Assembly (NCBI GenBank): GCA_040219255.1 | Contig: JAVJSW010000022.1 | Location: 1-21,751, forward strand | DNA: 21,751 nucleotides | Direction of reading: 5' to 3' | DNA from: Sumerlaeia bacterium | GTDB taxonomy: Bacteria; Sumerlaeota; Sumerlaeia; SLMS01; JAHLLQ01 | Translations under genes and position numbers: made by a program | The notes under the pieces: generated by a model | What the model was told of the DNA's origin: nothing | Databases searched by the model: none | Seen by the model: the letters and a program-made list of their open reading frames with translations, nothing else | Shown here: positions 17,219-21,751 of the stretch, piece after piece | How the letters are laid out: each line of letters begins with the position of its first letter | Numbering within the stretch: position 1 is the stretch's first letter

Positions 17219-18646
17219 TCAGTAAATCCCCCCGGCCACCAGGCTGCGCGTTTCGGCGGCGGGAGCGGGTGCATGAAAACGGTCGCCCCGCCGGATGGCT
17301 TCGTCCCGTTCATCGCAGTTGAGGAGCAACGCGGACTCATCGAAGCGATGAAAGACCAGGCGGCCGCGCGCACCCTCTGGAGCGCGGGCGAAGCCGCCGG
17401 GCCCCGGCTCACGCAACTCCACCACCCATCGGTCCGAGAATGACCCATAGGTCAGTGGGTCGCGGCGGTCTTCGATCAGGCAGCCGAAGAGCGAGTTGCC
17501 GAAGCCGTTGATCAACTGGCAATCCGCCGGCAGCCGTTCGCGCAGGACCTCCCACTCGGCAAGCGTGAGGCTCTGGCCACCGAGATGGACGAGGCGGAGT
17601 TGCTCGAAGCGGCTCGCGGACAGGCGGGCCAGCAGGACTTTCAGGATGCTCGGCGTGATGAACAAGGCATCCACCGGATGACGGTTGAAGTGACCGAGTG
17701 TTTGCTCGATCAGGTGCTCGAGATGGCGTGTGGAGGCGGTCGTTCCGGGCAGGAGCCTGCGATGCCACCGCGGGTCGAAATCGACCTTCAGCGCGTCGCA
17801 GCCGCTTGTGCGGCGGGCGATGGCGTCGGCCGCTTTGCCGATGATGTGCGGTCCTGTGGGGCCGGCGAAGAGCCATTGACGCAGGCCGGTGATCCCCAGC
17901 TCTCCCAATTCCTGGCAAAGCGGATCGAGGAATGCGGACTTGAAATCGGCCGCCGTCCAGCCGAGGGTCACTGGCGGCCCCGTCGTACCTCCAGTCTCGC
18001 CGAGGAGAAACGGCCCCTCGGTCTCCAGGATCGAGACCGGCACGAAATCGCGCCATGTGTGCCGCAGCATTTCCGCGCGATCCATGGGTCCAAAGGCGGC
18101 TCTCAGGTCTTCGATGGTGCGGAAATCATCGGCGCTCAGGCCCCGTTCCGCCGCCCGCCAGCGCCAGAACGGCGACCCCTCGCGCGGGTCCAGATGCAGC
18201 GCCAGGACGCGGCGTTGGTGCCCCGACAGAGGGTGCGCCCGAGGCGAGGTCTCGCGGCCCGCACCCCGGCCTGACTTGACGTGTCCATCCCAGGGAAGCC
18301 GCCGGAAAATCGAGTCCAGCAGACTGCCCAGCCGCACGGCGAGAAACTGGTCGCCGGAGAGCCGCAGCTTGCCCGTGAAGAGGGCACGCTGGGGGCTCAT
18401 CTCGTTCGCCACAATCCGCAGGAATGTCTGCGCGCTGAGCCGATAACGGCAGACTGGCTCTCTGTCCCGGGGAAAGGTCAAACCCGCTTCCGTTTGCAGA
18501 AGCACCACTTCCTCGGTGCGTTCCCCATCATGCAATTCCATCGCCACGGGAACGCCGATGGAAAGCAGCAGGCGGGCGTCGTCCGGGCCGAGTCTCGGCG
18601 GGAGCCAATGCCTCAGGTAGTAGTCGCATCGCTGCAGATCGTTCAT
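17219..18646 (-). CDS. Fusion of an N-terminal SCP2 lipid-binding domain and an EhpF/PaaK-like adenylate-forming domain
   Basis: Start placed at ATG 18646 (ATGA overlap). SCP2 signature 'FLRIVANEMSPQRALFTGKLRLSGDQFLAVRL'. EhpF-like motifs 'HLDPREGSPFW', P-loop 'ETGGTTGPP', 'GPTGPHIIG', 'VDFDPRW', 'GFGNSLFG', 'ERD' and a C-terminal GIY. Confidence 0.75.
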   Translation of the reverse strand: MNDLQRCDYYLRHWLPPRLGPDDARLLLSIGVPVAMELHDGERTEEVVLLQTEAGLTFPRDREPVCRYRLSAQTFLRIVANEMSPQRALFTGKLRLSGDQFLAVRLGSLLDSIFRRLPWDGHVKSGRGAGRETSPRAHPLSGHQRRVLALHLDPREGSPFWRWRAAERGLSADDFRTIEDLRAAFGPMDRAEMLRHTWRDFVPVSILETEGPFLLGETGGTTGPPVTLGWTAADFKSAFLDPLCQELGELGITGLRQWLFAGPTGPHIIGKAADAIARRTSGCDALKVDFDPRWHRRLLPGTTASTRHLEHLIEQTLGHFNRHPVDALFITPSILKVLLARLSASRFEQLRLVHLGGQSLTLAEWEVLRERLPADCQLINGFGNSLFGCLIEDRRDPLTYGSFSDRWVVELREPGPGGFARAPEGARGRLVFHRFDESALLLNCDERDEAIRRGDRFHAPAPAAETRSLVAGGIY

Positions 18647-19668
18647 GCGGCATTCTCCATTTTGGCCACCGATTCGGACCACAGCATTGCCAGCGAGCGG
18701 AAATCCCCGGCGGTCATGTCATCGAAACGCACCGAAGCGGCCTCGGCCGCCGCCAGCGTCCGCTGCTGGCACCAGGCGCGCTGCTCCGAAAGATACAACT
18801 TCCAGGCGGCGAAAAGCCGGGACGAAGAGCGTTCGTCCAGTTCGAGCCGGGGGCAGAAGGGAACTTCCTGTAGCGCCTCCGCCAGCTCATCAACGCGGGG
18901 CGAACGGGGACTCACCAGGTTCCACACGGCTCGGTCCATAGCGGGCGAGCGAAGTCTGCCCAGGATGAAGTCCACGATGTCGGACAGGAAGCAGAAGCCG
19001 GGGCGCACCTCGGATCGCGCCGGCAGGAAACAGCGCTGGCCGCTGGCGGAACTCCAGGCGAGGGCGCGGAAGAAGGGGCCGAGGGGGCTCTGGCGCAGCG
19101 GTCCAATGCCATCCGATGGCTTGGACAGGATGATGCCGGGCCGGAAGACTTCGACAAAGGGAAGGGGGCCCTGCATCATCACCGCTTCCGCCCGGGTCTT
19201 TGTCAGTTCATAGGGGTTGCGGCAGGTCGATTCGACGGCGGCGGACTCGGACAAAAAGCCTTTGGCATCGGGGCCCACGTAGGCCGTGGAGAGATGGAAG
19301 AAGCGCGCCTCGGGATGGCGCTCCGCCAGACGGCTCAGGTTCCGCGCGGCCAAAACATGGGCCCGGCTCAACTCCTCGAGGCTGGCTCCGGCTAACTTCG
19401 GTTGGGCCGCGCAGTGGAGGATGAGGTCGAACGGCGCCCCGGCCGGCGAGTTGGCTTCGAATCGCGCTTCCGCCAAATCCGCGATCATCAACCGCAAACC
19501 GGGTTCCTCCGTTTGCCCTCCCAGCTTGTGCGCCGACTCGGGGCGAACGAGGGCCGTGACGCGATGTCCTTCGAAGAGCAGGCGCCGAAGAAGTCGGGAC
19601 CCAAGGTAGCCCGTTGAGCCTGTGATCAGGATCGAGAGGCGCTTTGCGGAGTTGTCTGAGCCGGCCAT
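18643..19668 (-). CDS. Extended SDR, thioester-reductase / fatty-acyl-CoA-reductase-like (NAD_binding_4)
   Basis: Start placed at ATG 19668. TGSTGYLG Rossmann motif, HCAA, HLSTAYV, catalytic YELTK, RPGII. Confidence 0.88.
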   Translation of the reverse strand: MAGSDNSAKRLSILITGSTGYLGSRLLRRLLFEGHRVTALVRPESAHKLGGQTEEPGLRLMIADLAEARFEANSPAGAPFDLILHCAAQPKLAGASLEELSRAHVLAARNLSRLAERHPEARFFHLSTAYVGPDAKGFLSESAAVESTCRNPYELTKTRAEAVMMQGPLPFVEVFRPGIILSKPSDGIGPLRQSPLGPFFRALAWSSASGQRCFLPARSEVRPGFCFLSDIVDFILGRLRSPAMDRAVWNLVSPRSPRVDELAEALQEVPFCPRLELDERSSSRLFAAWKLYLSEQRAWCQQRTLAAAEAASVRFDDMTAGDFRSLAMLWSESVAKMENAA

Positions 19669-19709
19669 AAGGACATGCCTTCGCTTCCAAAGTATAGCGG
19701 CTTGCGAGG

Positions 19710-19725
19710 GGCAATCCTTGTGCCG
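19710..19725 (-). promoter_or_regulatory. sigma54 (-24/-12) promoter for the four-enzyme operon
   Basis: Minus strand CGGCACAAGGATTGCC = GGCAC-N5-TTGC, near consensus; 42 bp upstream of ATG 19668. Confidence 0.85.
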
Positions 19726-19765
19726 CGGCGAGGTTCCACCCAGAGGCCCGATACTGCCGGCTTGG

Positions 19766-19805
19766 CTGGACTTTTTTTCATGCGATGGCCGGTAAAGTTT
19801 TCTGG
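19766..19805. promoter_or_regulatory. Candidate tandem enhancer (UAS), second copy
   Basis: CTGGACTTTTTTTCATG (19766-19782) and the imperfect palindrome CCGGTAAAGTTTTCTGG (19789-19805), 23-bp period. The latter shares CCGGTAA-N8-GG with 10567-10583. Confidence 0.55.
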
Positions 19806-19844
19806 ATAGGCGCCTTTGATGCCCCATTCCCCGGCCCGCGAGCC

Positions 19845-19860
19845 GGGTCCGGGGCTTGCC
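19845..19860 (+). promoter_or_regulatory. Weak sigma54 promoter match for the mqnD-like/cupin operon
   Basis: GGGTCCGGGGCTTGCC = GG-N10-GC with TTGC. The -24 element is poor, but its distance (~40 bp) from ATG 19901 matches the other three sites. Confidence 0.5.
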
Positions 19861-19900
19861 GGAGAGGGCCTCATCCAACGCGAAAGGGAACTCGCAAACT

Positions 19901-20812
19901 ATGGCCGTCGCCGAAGAAACCCGTATTCTGACTTTATCGCATTCCCCCGACCCGGACGACGCCTTCACCTGGTGGGGTTTGGTCAGCGGACGGGTGCGCG
20001 TCCCCGGTGTCCGGTTCGAGGTCACACCCCGGACCATGGAGCAGGCCAATCGCGCGTGCCTGGCGGAGCGGGTGGATGTGGCGGCGATTTCCTCGGCGGC
20101 CTGGCCGCACTTCAGTCGAAAGTATGCGATCCTCGGCAGCGGCGCCTCGGTCGGCCGGGGCTACGGACCGGCGGTCGCGAGCCGTGTTTGCTCATCCGTC
20201 GCCGAACTCGACCGCGCCACCGTAGCCCTGCCCGGCTCGATGACCACCGGGGCATTGCTCTTCCGCCTGTTCCATCCTCTGGCGGCCACCATCGAAAAAC
20301 CCTGCTCCGCCGTCGCCGAAGCCATTGTCAACGGCGACGTGGAAGGGGGTGTTCTGATCCACGAGGAATTGATGAACTACGCACACAAGGGGCTGCGCCG
20401 GCTGGAGTGCCTGGGCCGGCGGTGGCTCGATGAAACCGGCCTGCCCATTCCCGTGGGACTGATCGCCGTGCATCGCCGGCTGGGCGAGGAACTGATCGCG
20501 AGGATCGCCGCCGCTGTGGCCGAAAGCGTCGAATGCGGTTTCCGGCATCGCGACAAGGCCCTGACTTACGCCATGAACTTCAGCACCCAGGCGGTGGATG
20601 GCATCGGCGTGGACTTCGTCCGCATGTTCACCAACGAGGACACCCTCGCGCTGCCCGAGGACTGTCTCGCCGCATTGCGCCTTCTCTATGCGAAAGCCTA
20701 CGTCGCCGACCTCATTCCCGAACTGCCCCCCGTCAATCCGGTCTATCCGGGAAAGCGCGAGCCAAAACCATCGCGCGTGGGGTTGGACTGGGACTACCAA
20801 TATGCGATTTGA
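19901..20812 (+). CDS. mqnD: MqnD-like protein (1,4-dihydroxy-6-naphthoate synthase; MqnA/MqnD/SBP family)
   Basis: Start placed at ATG 19901 (AAAGGGA RBS). HSPDPDDAF, GASVGRGYGP, VALPGSMTT, GVLIHE, WLDETGLPIPVG and FVRMFTNEDT match MqnD family motifs as I recall them. Orthology is not certain. Confidence 0.75.
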   Translation: MAVAEETRILTLSHSPDPDDAFTWWGLVSGRVRVPGVRFEVTPRTMEQANRACLAERVDVAAISSAAWPHFSRKYAILGSGASVGRGYGPAVASRVCSSVAELDRATVALPGSMTTGALLFRLFHPLAATIEKPCSAVAEAIVNGDVEGGVLIHEELMNYAHKGLRRLECLGRRWLDETGLPIPVGLIAVHRRLGEELIARIAAAVAESVECGFRHRDKALTYAMNFSTQAVDGIGVDFVRMFTNEDTLALPEDCLAALRLLYAKAYVADLIPELPPVNPVYPGKREPKPSRVGLDWDYQYAI

Positions 20813-21236
20813 TCACCTCGAAGCCCCCCTCTGTCAACTGGACGAAGGCCCCTTGGCGGGCCTCCGCCACCGGACCGTGATCGACGCCACCGCCGGGGCA
20901 AAGCAACTCGCGCTCTGGCAGGAAGAACACAAGAGCGGTTTCCGAGTTCCACCGCACCGCCACAATTGCGAGGAAATCATCACCGTTCTGGACGGAGAAA
21001 TCCTGGCCGATATCGACGGTCAAAACCACACTGTCAAAGCTGGCGAAAGCATCCTGATCCCGGAGTGGGCCTCCCACGGATTCCAGGTTATGGGAGAAAG
21101 ACCGGTTCGACTTTTGGCGATCTTCGGTTCCGCCAAGCCCGGAATCTACCGCGAAGACGGCACTCCCTCCACCCCTCCCTGGGAGGGGGGGAACTCCGCC
21201 CACCTGGAAAGTCCCGCGGACTCACAAGCCAACTGA
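20802..21236 (+). CDS. Cupin-domain protein resembling auxin-binding protein 1 (ABP1)
   Basis: Start placed at ATG 20802 (overlaps the upstream stop by 11 nt). Cupin motif 1 PPHRHNCEEIITVLDG; motif 2 GESILIPEWASH. Confidence 0.85.
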   Translation: MRFDHLEAPLCQLDEGPLAGLRHRTVIDATAGAKQLALWQEEHKSGFRVPPHRHNCEEIITVLDGEILADIDGQNHTVKAGESILIPEWASHGFQVMGERPVRLLAIFGSAKPGIYREDGTPSTPPWEGGNSAHLESPADSQAN

Positions 21237-21693
21237 GGCAGGACGACCTTTCCGGAACCTGTCAACCACATGAGAAACCCGGGGGGCGCTCCCTAATCCT
21301 TCAAGAAATTACCGCTGAGACGCAGAGAACGCTGAGATGATCGGCGCTTTTGAAGTTAACCGATGCAACCGGCGGGCCTCGGTTCGTGGCTGGATGACTG
21401 GAAAACGGCGGCCTATTTTTGTTAAAAAAAGAATTATCAATGCTGGAAAATGCCAGAATTGCCGCGACTCTATTTGGGTCTGACAAGTATTCTAATTTGG
21501 GATTCATTTGCATCCTTCTGACTCCGTTCGACTTGGTTCAGACAAGCCACTTTCCTAACTACACCTTTGAAATGATCTCTGTGGTGAAGGATCGCGGGGG
21601 CGCTAATTTGCGTCTTCATATTCTTGCGCGAGGCCTTTGGCCGAAGGCGCGTCCCTACCTGCCTATACCCATTGAGACACCCGGTCATCGAGT

Positions 21694-21750
21694 TTACAGA
21701 GTGGGCGCTTTGAAAGCAGGTTCTCCTTCATGACCCATCCCGATCAACGT
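21694..21750 (-). CDS. Possible 3' end of a gene entering from beyond the window (…TLIGMGHEGEPAFKAPTL*)
   Basis: Open frame from the window edge to TAA at 21694-21696; too short to assess. Confidence 0.25.
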   Translation of the reverse strand, partial: TLIGMGHEGEPAFKAPTL

Positions 21751-21751
21751 C

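Noticed and set aside
15981-19213. Plus-strand ORFs of 414, 229 and 310 aa
   Set aside because: Antisense shadows of the enzyme operon.
19669-20049. 127-aa N-terminal extension of the SDR given by the ORF track (likewise extensions from 11827, 16464, 18682, 19856 and 20598)
   Set aside because: These cross promoters or overlap neighbouring genes; downstream ATGs have an RBS or stop/start coupling and coincide with domain starts.
17219-20812. Phenazine cluster or complete futalosine menaquinone operon
   Set aside because: No phzA/B, D, E, F, G and no mqnA/B/C/E in the window.
21301-21733. Short ORFs of 70, 104 and 72 aa
   Set aside because: Mutually overlapping, atypical composition, no motifs or convincing RBS.

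Overview
GC-rich bacterial window with two parts. (1) 142-8079: a TetR regulator sits between two large modular cell-surface protein genes. One is a leftward secreted LVIVD/'DADPTNEL'-repeat protein split by a +1 frameshift near 2950. The other is a rightward Ig-like/BNR (YCF48-like) propeller protein that looks 5'-truncated and ends in a Pro-linker-GWVLK tail. (2) 8137-21236: a 13-kb module of four transcription units arranged as two divergent pairs. Each divergent gap carries back-to-back sigma54 -24/-12 promoter matches and two related 17-bp boxes 23 bp apart. The module encodes a sensor kinase and NtrC-family activator, four exported proteins (three lipoproteins; two TPR and one HEAT-repeat), and six small-molecule enzymes or binding proteins: thioester-reductase-like SDR, SCP2::EhpF-like adenylating fusion, class III aminotransferase, alpha/beta hydrolase, MqnD-like protein and ABP1-like cupin. 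Best hypothesis (inference): a sigma54-controlled, autoregulated circuit that makes, binds and senses a hydrophobic or aromatic acid-derived metabolite, possibly by acid -> aldehyde -> amine chemistry. I do not recognise this arrangement as a described system. No database searches were possible, so family calls rest on recognised motifs. No rRNA, tRNA, CRISPR array or transposase was seen.
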